Part shown: positions 1-9,928 of the stretch, piece after piece
Position numbering within the stretch: position 1 is the stretch's first letter
Layout of the letters: every line of letters starts with the position of its first letter
Source: Candidatus Melainabacteria bacterium 17Bon1m
GTDB taxonomy: Bacteria > Cyanobacteriota > Vampirovibrionia > Obscuribacterales > Obscuribacteraceae
Reading direction: 5' to 3'
DNA: 64,000 bases
NCBI GenBank assembly: GCA_032128875.1
Contig: JAVLKG010000002.1
Coordinates: forward strand, 992,001 to 1,056,000
Made by a program: the position numbers and the translations under genes
The notes under the pieces: generated by a model
The model's input: the letters and a program-made list of their open reading frames with translations, nothing else
Databases searched by the model: none
Told to the model about the DNA's origin: nothing

Positions 1-115
1 GGCAAGACTCTCTGCTCCTTCTATTACTAGACTTCCTGCACTTGACATAAACAAGGGCGCGCAAGAATAACACCCATAATATTAGATCTTCTACCCGAAC
101 TTTAATGGGCTTTGC

Positions 116-706
116 TCAGTTTTTCATACTTTCCAGTATTTTTTGTGCGACTTGATCGGTGGAAAGCCCGTCAGTTTGCACGGTGAGCTGGGCTCGTTCG
201 TATACTTTTGCCCGCTGGGATTCCAGAGCACAAAGTCGATTTCTTAATACATGTTCATCAGATTGGGTTTCCGGCTCAGAAGAAGTGCCACGACCGGCAA
301 TAGAATTCGCTTTTAAGAGAGGCCTGTCATGAGTCGATGCCAGTCTCTTAACCAATTCATCAACTGCAGTCTTCAGGTAGATGACTTTGCCGAGTTTCAA
401 AAGTGCGTCCATATTCCCGGGCGTCATTGGCAATCCACCACCGCAACTCAATACGAACGACCCACTTTTGAAATCATCCAGCAAAGCGCTTTCCATTTCC
501 CGAAACCGCCCTTCGCCGTCTTCAGCAAAGATGGTGCTGACAGTGCGATTTTGCTTCGCTTCTATTAGCCGGTCTGAATCGAAAAAGGAGAGGTTCATCA
601 GTTGGGCTAGAATTTCTCCCACGCTTGTTTTTCCTGCTCCAGGCAGTCCGATAAGCACGACAGATTTAGCAGTTTCAACAGGTTCGACCTGAGCAGGTCT
701 GTCCAC
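116..706 (-). CDS. aroK: shikimate kinase
   Basis: P-loop GLPGAGKT, DSD, FREME, GGG and RPLL motifs typical of AroK. Confidence 0.93.
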   Translation of the reverse strand: MDRPAQVEPVETAKSVVLIGLPGAGKTSVGEILAQLMNLSFFDSDRLIEAKQNRTVSTIFAEDGEGRFREMESALLDDFKSGSFVLSCGGGLPMTPGNMDALLKLGKVIYLKTAVDELVKRLASTHDRPLLKANSIAGRGTSSEPETQSDEHVLRNRLCALESQRAKVYERAQLTVQTDGLSTDQVAQKILESMKN

Positions 707-711
707 TTCGA

Positions 712-2238
712 CTATCCCGCGCGTCCCGAACTCGCCAGACCAATGTGTCTGTAAGCAGATTCGATTTTGTTATGCGCATCGATCAAACTTGGATCGAGTT
801 GCAATGCGCGTTTGAACTCGCCAATCGAGTGCATGTAGTCTTTCATGTTGTAATAAGCCAATCCCAGTCCATAGTGCGCACTGGGCATGTCCGGCGAGAC
901 GCTAATTGCTTTTTGGAAATTGAAAGCGGCTGCGTGATAATCACCTTTGAGGGAATGCATTGTGCCCAGGTTATTGCGCAGGATCGCATTATTAGGATGG
1001 TGCTTTACGGCCCGCTCCAGAACTATCTTTGCCGCCTCATGATCTCCGCGGGTGCTGAGCATGGACGAAAGATGTGCCGAGGCTTCCAAATTATTCGGCT
1101 CCAGCAGCAACGCTTTTTCGAATTCTTGTTTGGCTTTGCCGGTGTCGCCTAAAGATGCATAAGTCATGGCCAAGCGAGTATGGGAGACGGAATCTTTCTC
1201 ATCCAAGCGGACCGCTTCTTTCAATTCTTTTTCTGCCATAGACAAATCGCCGGAATGTGCGGCGACGATGCCCAATTGCTGGTGAGCAATAGCGTTGGCA
1301 GGGTCCTTTTGAACGATAGCATTGTACTCGTTAACTGCTTCCGGCACTCTTCTGGACTGCATCAATGCTTGAGCGCGAGCAAGCGAAAGTAATGTCTCCG
1401 AAGACATCCTTGTGCCGCTCTGTCCAAGTGCCGCACCAGGAGCTGCCATCTTTACCGAAGCGGTGGGCCTGCTCAAATCGGCACCGACTGATATGTCGTG
1501 CTTGAGCTCTTCCAGCTGTGCCACCACTTTGTCGTGCTGTCCGAGGCTTTCGAACATGCGAGCCAGATTGCCGTGGGCGGCGGATAATTCCACATTTACT
1601 TTCGAGCAAGCTAATACTGCAGCTGTTGCGCCTTTTACGTCGCCAGCTTGCCGGAGCTTTTGAGCTTCTGCTGATTTTTCAGAGATTTTTTCTCTAGCTA
1701 CCGAGACCACCCTTCTGAAGTGACTGATAGCTGTGTCAAAGTCGCCTGACTCTGCATAAATAAGTCCGAGCTGGTTGTGTAGTGCCGGATTGTCCGGCTC
1801 GGTCTCCAGCCCTGCCAAAAGTTCACGGGCTGCTCCATCCAGCAGTTTGACCTGGTCTCTTTTCTCGCGCACGTTTTGCGACGCGCTCATGACTCCGCCG
1901 CGGGCAGTCGAAGGCGCTTTATTGATAATTCCGAGCAGTTTTTGCTGCCACTCTTCAATTTTGGGCAAGCCCGGCCCAGGTGAACCCATGAATGTGAGTG
2001 GCAATACCGGCAGGGTCACAAGTCCGACTGCCGCGAAGAATACAAATACGAGACGCCCCCGACCGCGCCTTTCTTTGGGCTGGTTCGAGGGGTCGTGTGA
2101 TTGTTTTGTCCTGAGTGATTCCAATGTGTGTTGCACCACGCCAGATGCTTTTTTGAGGGCTTGAAGTAGTCGGGTCCGTCTTCTTTTGCAGGACCCAGTT
2201 TTTGGAAAGATGGTTATATATATGCGCTCGTATGCCAA
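712..2238 (-). CDS. membrane-anchored tetratricopeptide repeat protein
   Basis: N-terminal hydrophobic segment followed by many TPR units (e.g. AHYGLGLAYYNMKDYMHSIGEFKRALQLDP); start codon uncertain. Confidence 0.85.
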   Translation of the reverse strand: MAYERIYITIFPKTGSCKRRRTRLLQALKKASGVVQHTLESLRTKQSHDPSNQPKERRGRGRLVFVFFAAVGLVTLPVLPLTFMGSPGPGLPKIEEWQQKLLGIINKAPSTARGGVMSASQNVREKRDQVKLLDGAARELLAGLETEPDNPALHNQLGLIYAESGDFDTAISHFRRVVSVAREKISEKSAEAQKLRQAGDVKGATAAVLACSKVNVELSAAHGNLARMFESLGQHDKVVAQLEELKHDISVGADLSRPTASVKMAAPGAALGQSGTRMSSETLLSLARAQALMQSRRVPEAVNEYNAIVQKDPANAIAHQQLGIVAAHSGDLSMAEKELKEAVRLDEKDSVSHTRLAMTYASLGDTGKAKQEFEKALLLEPNNLEASAHLSSMLSTRGDHEAAKIVLERAVKHHPNNAILRNNLGTMHSLKGDYHAAAFNFQKAISVSPDMPSAHYGLGLAYYNMKDYMHSIGEFKRALQLDPSLIDAHNKIESAYRHIGLASSGRAG

Positions 2239-2332
2239 GAGTAATATCGTTCGATCCCGGAGTCAATACGGAATTCACGAATTACGCCGGAACCGACACA
2301 ATTGCCAAGAGGCTGATTTGGATTGTTGAAAA

Positions 2333-2347
2333 GGGGCGTTAAGCCCC
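2333..2347 (-). terminator. short intrinsic terminator after the lpt operon
   Basis: GGGGC-gttaa-GCCCC hairpin followed by a T-tract on the minus strand. Confidence 0.5.
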
Positions 2348-2352
2348 ATTTA

Positions 2353-3453
2353 TTAACGACTCTTAAACCAGAGGATTATCAATCCTAAGGTTCCGACAAA
2401 AAGATTCGGCATCCAGGCGGCAAGCATTGGAGGAATTCTTCCAGCTTCCCCTAATGCGCCTGAGGTGGATTGTAGGACGTAATAGATAAAGACTACGACC
2501 GCTGAATAGATCAAGCCGAGGTTACTGCGAGAACGCCTAGCCAATAGTCCAAGCGGTGCTCCGGCGAGTGCGACGATCAAGCAGGCGAGTGGTTGAGAGA
2601 ACTTTTGATAGAAGCGGACTAAGAGGTCGTTTGATACCGCATTTGATTCGCCGAGCAATTTGATGTAATTGCCCAACTCCCACATATTCATTTCTTTGGG
2701 ATTGATCTTTCCTGTATCCATCACTTTCTGGACGTTTTGAATACCAGGCAGAGTCAATTTCTTGAATTGCAAAATACGAGTGATATCACTGTCACCGGCA
2801 AGAACGTAAGTTCTTCCCTCGCTCAAGATCCACTCTCCATGGTTCCAAATGCCGTTTTTGGCGCTGATGATTTGCACCAACTTGTCGCGGGTGAAATCGA
2901 GGATGATAACGTTATACAGGCTCTTTCCATTACATAGCCCGATATAGAACACTCGGTTCAGGTTTAAGTCTTTGCCTCTTTCCATGTAGGTGAAGTTGGC
3001 TTGGCCTGAAGGAAGTTCTGATTTGTAGAGGGCAAGGAATTCGAGTTTTTTTGAAGTTCTGTTTGCCACAGGAACGACGCATTCATTGACCGCAAAACTT
3101 GCAATGCTGGTCAGTAAGCCGAAAAGAAGCGGGGCAACCATGATTCGGTAGAAAGAAACACCGCTCGTACGCATAGCGATGATTTCCGAATCGCTGGAGA
3201 GCCTGTTGAATACAAGCAATGTACCGAGCAACACCCCAATTGGAATCGTCATAACGATGATTTCCGGAAGGTGCAAGCCCAGGATTGTGAGCGCCATATT
3301 GATAGGTACACCGGCACGCATGATCAAATTGAAGATGGTCTTCAATTGATCGGCGCCGAACCATACGCCCGTGACGATGCCGATACCGAACAGGAGCGGC
3401 TGCCAGAACTCATTGGCAATATAACGATCAATAAGTTTCAGGCCGCCGATCAT
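2353..3453 (-). CDS. LPS export ABC transporter permease, LptF/LptG (YjgP/YjgQ) family
   Basis: LIDRYI start, RLSSDSEIIAMRTSGVS motif, AAWMPN C-terminal motif; overlaps lptB. Confidence 0.93.
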   Translation of the reverse strand: MIGGLKLIDRYIANEFWQPLLFGIGIVTGVWFGADQLKTIFNLIMRAGVPINMALTILGLHLPEIIVMTIPIGVLLGTLLVFNRLSSDSEIIAMRTSGVSFYRIMVAPLLFGLLTSIASFAVNECVVPVANRTSKKLEFLALYKSELPSGQANFTYMERGKDLNLNRVFYIGLCNGKSLYNVIILDFTRDKLVQIISAKNGIWNHGEWILSEGRTYVLAGDSDITRILQFKKLTLPGIQNVQKVMDTGKINPKEMNMWELGNYIKLLGESNAVSNDLLVRFYQKFSQPLACLIVALAGAPLGLLARRSRSNLGLIYSAVVVFIYYVLQSTSGALGEAGRIPPMLAAWMPNLFVGTLGLIILWFKSR

Positions 3454-4211
3454 AGAATGAAGTCCTCTCCGAGATACTGTTTGCGTGCGACAGGGCTGTC
3501 TGCGACTTCACGGGACGTGCCCTGAACAAGAATTTTGCCGTAATCGATCAAATAGGCGCGGTCTGTGATTTTCAGCGTCGCGCGAGGGTTGTGGTCGGTG
3601 ATCAAAACGCCCATATTCCATTCATCGCGCAATCTGCGGATGAGACCTTGAATGTCTACGATTGAAATCGGGTCGACCCCTGTAAACGGTTCGTCCAAAA
3701 GAATGAACTCAGGCTCAATAGCCAGACAGCGCGCGATTTCCAGACGGCGGCGTTCACCACCGGAAAGAGAGACGGCGGTCATATTGCCCAGGTGGGTCAA
3801 ACCGAATTGTTCGAGAAGCCAGTCGATTCTCTCGTTTTGTTCGCGCCTGCCCATCTTGCGCAGTTCGAGGACCAAGCGAATGTTTTCTTTGCATGTCAGT
3901 TTGCGGAAAATCGAATTTTCCTGCGGCAGATAACCAACGCCCATGCGTGCGCGCTCGTGAATGGGCTTTCTGGTCATTTCTTTGTCGCCCAGAGCAATCT
4001 TGCCTCGCTCGGGTTTCACCAGTCCCAAGACCATGTCGAATGACGTGGTTTTTCCAGCTCCGTTTCTGCCGAGTAGGCCGACAATCTCGCCGCGACTTAC
4101 ATGGAAGCTGACACCGTCAACGACTTTTCTGCCGCTGTAGCTCTTCTGCAAATTTTCAACAGTGAGCGTTTTAGTCGCTACACCGGTTCGATTAAGTGCG
4201 GTTGCTGTCAT
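3450..4211 (-). CDS. lptB: LPS export ABC transporter ATP-binding protein
   Basis: Walker A GRNGAGKTT, GYLPQE, LSGGERRR, LLDEPFTGVDP, LITDHN. Confidence 0.95.
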   Translation of the reverse strand: MTATALNRTGVATKTLTVENLQKSYSGRKVVDGVSFHVSRGEIVGLLGRNGAGKTTSFDMVLGLVKPERGKIALGDKEMTRKPIHERARMGVGYLPQENSIFRKLTCKENIRLVLELRKMGRREQNERIDWLLEQFGLTHLGNMTAVSLSGGERRRLEIARCLAIEPEFILLDEPFTGVDPISIVDIQGLIRRLRDEWNMGVLITDHNPRATLKITDRAYLIDYGKILVQGTSREVADSPVARKQYLGEDFIL

Positions 4212-5731
4212 TTTGGGGTATCCACCTTGGTGACGCTCAGCTTTGTAGATTCAGGCGCCGATTTTGGTTGAGTAGTGGCAATTGTGCTTCTAGGCACGAC
4301 GAACATCGGAGATTTTGATGCGGTGGTTGGCTGTTTTTGCGCCAGCTGCGTTCCGCCGCCGCTGCCGGGGGCTTTTTGCTGAAGAATGAATGCTTTGGTG
4401 TTGCCTTCTGCAATAACTTTGTTGTCTGCGACCGTATAAGTAATACGGTCGGCAATCCAGCGCTTACCGGGCTGAGTAATCTGGCAGCGCCCGTAAAGAA
4501 GTACCTTTTCTGTTTCGCCTGTCGTCAAGTTTTTCACCATGACCATTTTGGGTGCAACGCCAATCGTCTCTCCATATAAGAGTTTGACGTTACCATCTGC
4601 CGTGCAGCGACCGGTGTTTTCACTGTAGTCTTGCGAATCAGAGAAAATGAAGATTGGCTGCTTGTCAGCTTCGTCAGCAGCATTTGCTGCTTGCATCTCT
4701 GCCGCTTCCGGGCTTTCAGCGCTCTGCTCACCGGTGATGTCTACAGCCGGAGTGCTTGGTCTTCTAATGGACTCGGTGGCGACTATAGGCTTGTTGGTTC
4801 CGGTTTTAAAGGTGCTGAATGGGCCCCCCTTTTTAGGAGCTTCAGCTTGCTGAGTCTGAACCACCGTTGATTTCACATGTCCTGTCGCTTGTAACCGCTT
4901 CGTCGTTAGGAAGTACGTCATCAAGTCCGACTCCGTACAGTTCTTGCCCTGCGTCGCTTTTACGTGCCCCGTAAAGAGTGCCGTTTCCGGCTTTTGCTCT
5001 GCGTCATAAACGAGCTTCAGAGTGTCGGATTTGACGAAGATGTCTCCTGTTTTGACTCTTACATTGCCGCGCGCATCGAATTGACCGGTCGTGCGGTTAT
5101 ATTGCTGGCGGTCAGCATCAGTGATGATTTTTTCGTGCTTTGTAGGTTGGTCTTTTGGCTTGGTTGCCGGAGTCGCTTTTGGTGCGTCCTCGCTGGCAAC
5201 TTCCGAGGGGTTTTCGGATGACTCGCCGTCTGGTTTGGTCTCGTCAGTTGAATCCGTAGATGCTGTCACCTCTTTAGCCGGCTTTTTCGCTGTCGCTTTG
5301 TTGTCGGTTTTCTTAGGTGTTTTCGCCGTGCTCGAATTTTCCTGAGGAATGACCTCAGAGTGCGCATTACCTTCAGCAATGATGATGGATGATGCCATCT
5401 CGAAAGTCAGCTTGTCTGCATGAATCAGGTTTTGTCCCTGACGCAAGCGAGGATGACCTGTGAAGATGGCGCGCTGTGGTTTTCCGTTAGCGTCTTTGAA
5501 AAGAGTCGCAATCGGTGCGTCGATGATGCTGTCTTTGTAAGTCACGCGAACATTGCCGCGGGCAATGACGTGATCGTCTGCAAATTCTTGTTCGTTTGCC
5601 TGAATATCAATCGTGCCGCCGCCGCTGTCGTCGATCGCGAATTGAGCGGTGGCTTGCAGAGGTGCCAAAAGAAGTAATGCGGCCGTAAACACGGTCGAGG
5701 AAATTTTGAGTGTCTGGCTTTGCTTTCTCAC
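4208..5731 (-). CDS. lptA: LptA/OstA-family periplasmic protein with three tandem beta-jellyroll repeats
   Basis: signal peptide; three repeats containing A-x-GNV; lies between lptC and lptB. Confidence 0.8.
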   Translation of the reverse strand: MRKQSQTLKISSTVFTAALLLLAPLQATAQFAIDDSGGGTIDIQANEQEFADDHVIARGNVRVTYKDSIIDAPIATLFKDANGKPQRAIFTGHPRLRQGQNLIHADKLTFEMASSIIIAEGNAHSEVIPQENSSTAKTPKKTDNKATAKKPAKEVTASTDSTDETKPDGESSENPSEVASEDAPKATPATKPKDQPTKHEKIITDADRQQYNRTTGQFDARGNVRVKTGDIFVKSDTLKLVYDAEQKPETALFTGHVKATQGKNCTESDLMTYFLTTKRLQATGHVKSTVVQTQQAEAPKKGGPFSTFKTGTNKPIVATESIRRPSTPAVDITGEQSAESPEAAEMQAANAADEADKQPIFIFSDSQDYSENTGRCTADGNVKLLYGETIGVAPKMVMVKNLTTGETEKVLLYGRCQITQPGKRWIADRITYTVADNKVIAEGNTKAFILQQKAPGSGGGTQLAQKQPTTASKSPMFVVPRSTIATTQPKSAPESTKLSVTKVDTPK

Positions 5732-5770
5732 AACGAGTTTCCGATTCTAGGGTCTTCCTGGTTCGATTTC

Positions 5771-6382
5771 CTAAATGCTCACAAGAGAGTGCGTATTGCC
5801 GATGACTTTCACGTTGTGAATCCCGCCCTTCACGAACTCGCCAACTGCCTGGTTTCCGGTCACCTTGGCTACCCCGGGCATGTCGATGTTAACACCACCT
5901 GTAGCTACAAACTGATTTTTTTTACTTAACTCCAATCTTGAAGACTCCATGCGACCCTTCCCGGGCTCACCTTCCGCGACCACGCGCGACGACTTATTGG
6001 AATCCAGACTGACTTTTCGCGTTGCTTCGTTGGCCACCCCAGTCGGGGCCGAAAGACGCATTTTAATTTTGTTATCTTTGTAGTATTCGACAATAACTTC
6101 GGTCAAAGTGACGTCTTTTGTCGCCGTCAACATGGTTCCTGTTTTTGCTGTCAGATGCCAGCGCAAATTGTTGCTGTCATCGACCTCTTTTAGTTCGTAA
6201 TTGTCGATGGCGACTCGATCCTGCATCGGATTTTCTTTTTGTTCTTTTTTATAGGATTCCATCTCGATGCGAGCTTGCTCGTTCGAGAAGTACCAGAAAT
6301 AAGTTAGTCCGGCAGGGATTGAAAGCGCTGCGACCAATTTCAGCGTGTTCTTGCTAAAGATTTTTCCGAGAAAATTCGACAT
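5771..6382 (-). CDS. lptC: LPS export periplasmic protein LptC
   Basis: single N-terminal TM followed by a beta-rich domain (LRWHLTAK); first gene of the lptC-A-B-F/G order. Confidence 0.75.
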   Translation of the reverse strand: MSNFLGKIFSKNTLKLVAALSIPAGLTYFWYFSNEQARIEMESYKKEQKENPMQDRVAIDNYELKEVDDSNNLRWHLTAKTGTMLTATKDVTLTEVIVEYYKDNKIKMRLSAPTGVANEATRKVSLDSNKSSRVVAEGEPGKGRMESSRLELSKKNQFVATGGVNIDMPGVAKVTGNQAVGEFVKGGIHNVKVIGNTHSLVSI

Positions 6383-6402
6383 GCCTTGTTGTTTCTACCT
6401 GC

Positions 6403-7494
6403 CTATTGGGACGCGCCACGCAAGGCGATTGCCCGGGAAATATTTGCCAAACACTCTTTCAAATTGCCTTGCTTGAGATAGCCTTCGCCAAGGAAAAAGA
6501 AAGCGGCAGGATTATTCGGAAAACGTTGTGCGCAGTCTTTCCAAACTGACATGGAAGAATCCAGATCTCCTGTGTATTCAAGGTTCAAATGCGCTCTGTA
6601 GGCAATTGCCCAAACATCATCTGGTTTTCTTCTGATCAACTCGTCGAGATTGCTAAGCGCGGATTGATAATAAGACTTTACTTGTGCCACTACAGAAGGT
6701 GCAGCCTGCTCCAGAGCACCTTTGATATGGGGTGCATCTGCTCCGGTTTTCAGCTCCGGCAATTTGATGGCGTTTCCATCTTTGTCCTTAGGCATGTATG
6801 GTAGTGCCCAGGCATTCAGCCAATTTGGCGAACCTGAATTTGGTTTTGCTGCATTATTATCGTTGCCGGCGTTGTTGCTGTTCTTCGCGGATTGAGCAGC
6901 TGCAGCCTGCTTGAGTTTTTCCAGATATTCTTGCTCTTTTTTCGACTGTCTGGCGATCAAATAAGCCTTCATGTAATACGCCCAGGCGAGTCCATAACGA
7001 ACGCGGTTTTCGTCCGGATAGTTTTTCACCATGTCTTCGTATTGCAGGATCATCTTGTCGAAATACGCGGGACCACCGTCTTTTTCAGCCAGACGGCGCG
7101 CTCGCCGGATTTCTTTTAGTGCTTCTTCGACTCTGCTTGTGCGGGTTAATGCGACAGCATAAATAAAACTTGCCTCGGCGCTCTCCGGATAAGCTTCAGC
7201 TTGCTTTTTGGCTAGTGCTGGATCATCAGTGGGCACCAAGTCTTCGGTCGCTGTACCGACATTTATTTCGACACCTGGTTTGGCAATAATTTTTTTGCGA
7301 ACCGCAGCAGTGTCACCATCTTTGGTGCCGGTGGTGCCACCGTTTAAACTTTCACTTGCGCCGCCGGTTGGTAAAACGACTGGCGGTGCTGTCTCCTGCA
7401 CATCTGCAGCCCACACAGGCGCAAAAGAGACGGCAATGGAAAAGCACAATGTGCTTGCCATAAATTTGGTCTGACTTTGGTAACTTCTAATCAA
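6403..7494 (-). CDS. secreted TPR-like protein
   Basis: signal peptide (APVWA) and TPR-like helices. Confidence 0.7.
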   Translation of the reverse strand: MIRSYQSQTKFMASTLCFSIAVSFAPVWAADVQETAPPVVLPTGGASESLNGGTTGTKDGDTAAVRKKIIAKPGVEINVGTATEDLVPTDDPALAKKQAEAYPESAEASFIYAVALTRTSRVEEALKEIRRARRLAEKDGGPAYFDKMILQYEDMVKNYPDENRVRYGLAWAYYMKAYLIARQSKKEQEYLEKLKQAAAAQSAKNSNNAGNDNNAAKPNSGSPNWLNAWALPYMPKDKDGNAIKLPELKTGADAPHIKGALEQAAPSVVAQVKSYYQSALSNLDELIRRKPDDVWAIAYRAHLNLEYTGDLDSSMSVWKDCAQRFPNNPAAFFFLGEGYLKQGNLKECLANISRAIALRGASQ

Positions 7495-7676
7495 CTTCTT
7501 GTCAACTTCCGCTTTCTCACCGCCGAAACGGTAGTCAATTGCATATAGGACACCTGAAATTGGCAGGTGTGCGGCTCTTAAGAACTGCCTGATCTTAACA
7601 GACGACAGGAAGTTGCCAGTTGGTCCCGTAGTCCTCTTAAAAAGTTTTCGTCAAATCGGTAATGATCCGCACGAAA

Positions 7677-8345
7677 TCAAGCCAGTTTCTGGCTTCTACC
7701 GTTAAGAATTATTCGCGCGACATCGTCAAGAGAATCTACGATGTAAAGAGGATCTGCTGTGATCAAAATATCTTTGCTGTGAATGCCAGTGGTCACACCG
7801 ATAGCATCAACACCAGCATTGCGAGCCATTTCCAGGTCGTAAATACTGTCGCCAATCACAACTGTGTCAGAGTGCTGCATTCCCAGCAGTTTTATCGTAT
7901 GGTGCACGGACTCCGGGTGCGGCTTATGGTGGGTAATATCGGTAGCGCCGACGACCACTTCGAAATAAGGCGACAAATCGTGATGATCAAGAACCACTTC
8001 AATAAGCGGTCGGCGCTTTGATGAGGCTATAGAGATTTTGATACCGGCATCTCGCAAGCTGTTGAGCATGGAGATCAGGTCTGGAAAGAGCGGGCAAATT
8101 TCAATAGTTTTTCCGTCATAGATGGCGCGGTATCGATCGGCCACCTCCAACCAGAAGTCTTCCGAATGATTCGGAAAGATAATTTCCATCTGCTTGCCGA
8201 GCGGAACCCCCACCAGGTCACGCCACTTAGTCAAAATGTCTTCATGGAGATCGTATTCAATAACGACTTGACGCATAACGTCGATAATTCCAGGAGCGGA
8301 ATCGACAAGGGTGCCGTCAAAGTCAAAGATTGCGAGTTTGTACAA
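7677..8345 (-). CDS. HAD-superfamily phosphatase (Gph/PpaX-like)
   Basis: DFDGTLVDS, KPHPE and IGDSIYD motifs. Confidence 0.9.
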   Translation of the reverse strand: MYKLAIFDFDGTLVDSAPGIIDVMRQVVIEYDLHEDILTKWRDLVGVPLGKQMEIIFPNHSEDFWLEVADRYRAIYDGKTIEICPLFPDLISMLNSLRDAGIKISIASSKRRPLIEVVLDHHDLSPYFEVVVGATDITHHKPHPESVHHTIKLLGMQHSDTVVIGDSIYDLEMARNAGVDAIGVTTGIHSKDILITADPLYIVDSLDDVARIILNGRSQKLA

Positions 8346-8346
8346 A

Positions 8347-9483
8347 TTAGACGCTCACTTTTCGATGGGATTCGATAAGGTCGAAAAAGCGCTCGAAAAG
8401 ATAGTTTGCGTCATGTGGTCCGGGGCTGGATTCCGGGTGGTATTGCACACCAAAAATTGGCAGTGTTTTATGGCGGAAACCTTCAACACTGTGGTCATTG
8501 AGATTCACGTGAGTTAGTTCTAGTGAATCCGGAAAGCTATCTTCGGCAACTGCAAAACCATGGTTTTGGCAGGTGATTTCAACTTTACCTGTAAGTAAAT
8601 CTTTGACCGGCTGGTTGCCGCCGCGATGGCCGAACTTAAGCTTGTAAGTCTGTGCGCCCATAGAGATGCAAAGCAGCTGATGCCCCAGGCAGATGCCAAA
8701 AATAGGCAGACCGGCGGAAATCAATTTAGGCAACTCATTCAAGACTCCGGCGCAAGCTGCTGGATCTCCGGGACCATTGGAAAGAAATACAGCATCAGGC
8801 TTATCTGACAATACTTTGTCCGCTTTAGCCGATGCCGGATACACAGTCAGTGCCATGTCCCTAGCTGCCAATTGGTCCAAAATGCTCTTCTTTACACCGA
8901 AGTCCATGACTGCAACCTTATACTTGCCGACTCCGACCTTATAAGGCTCTTTCGTCGTCACTTCATCGGTGAGGTCTAAACCTTCCATTTCACTGGACGA
9001 TTTTGCCAGTGCAACCAATTTTTCCGGGTCGAGAATCTCCGTGGACATTGCTGAACGCATCGCCCCTTTGTCGCGGATGTGTCGAGTAATGGCGCGCGTG
9101 TCTACATCGGAGATGCCTAAGATTCCTTGAGATTCCAGAAAATCGGAGAGTGAAGCAGTCGCTCTCCAGTTGCTGTAGACCCTGCTCAAATGCCTGATTA
9201 CCAGACCGCGTGCGAATATCTTTCGAGACTCGACATCTTCATTATTAGTCCCGTAATTACCTATTTCAGGATATGTGAGAGTGACAATCTGACCGGCATA
9301 GCTCGGGTCTGTCATTATCTCCTGGTAACCGCTCAAGCTGGTATTGAACACCAACTCTCCGGTTGTCGTGCCGGCTTTGCCGAACGCAAGCCCTGCAAAA
9401 GTCTCACCGTCTTCCAGCGCAAGTAGGCAGCGCTTGGGCGACTCAGTCGCTTTTGCGTTTTTTGTATCCGATGCTTCCACCAA
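8347..9483 (-). CDS. carA: carbamoyl-phosphate synthase small subunit
   Basis: GELVFNT, TDPSYAGQ, LSNGPGDP, GICLGHQ, QYHPE. Confidence 0.97.
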   Translation of the reverse strand: MVEASDTKNAKATESPKRCLLALEDGETFAGLAFGKAGTTTGELVFNTSLSGYQEIMTDPSYAGQIVTLTYPEIGNYGTNNEDVESRKIFARGLVIRHLSRVYSNWRATASLSDFLESQGILGISDVDTRAITRHIRDKGAMRSAMSTEILDPEKLVALAKSSSEMEGLDLTDEVTTKEPYKVGVGKYKVAVMDFGVKKSILDQLAARDMALTVYPASAKADKVLSDKPDAVFLSNGPGDPAACAGVLNELPKLISAGLPIFGICLGHQLLCISMGAQTYKLKFGHRGGNQPVKDLLTGKVEITCQNHGFAVAEDSFPDSLELTHVNLNDHSVEGFRHKTLPIFGVQYHPESSPGPHDANYLFERFFDLIESHRKVSV

Positions 9484-9928
9484 TTCGAGTATCCTCTTTT
9501 AATCAATTATATTACCGGAAACCCCTGAACTGGGTACGATCCTACAGCTAATCGGGTCGGAAGCTTTACGACGCAATTGTTACCGACCGTGTTCCGCTAG
9601 CCGTTCTGTAGAGCTTTTGCATATGCTCTGGGCGGTAGAAGCGGTTCGGATAGCACCTTCCAGCGCAATCAAGGATATAAGTTGCAAGCGCCTGACTGTT
9701 TCCGTCTCAGAATTTGTTAATTGGCGTAACAACGCGAAAGTATTTCCAGCTGTCCAGCTTTCTATGTAATTTCTTCTTCTGTTTATGAGCTGAATATAAG
9801 CGTTTCTTTAGGGAGTGCACGGCGCGCCTTTGTAGAATTAGAGAGCTTATTTCTCAGGTTTTTGAGAGCTAGACATCAAGTAGACAAGGTCTAGCCGACT
9901 CGAACCGATTCTAACGGACGACACCTAG

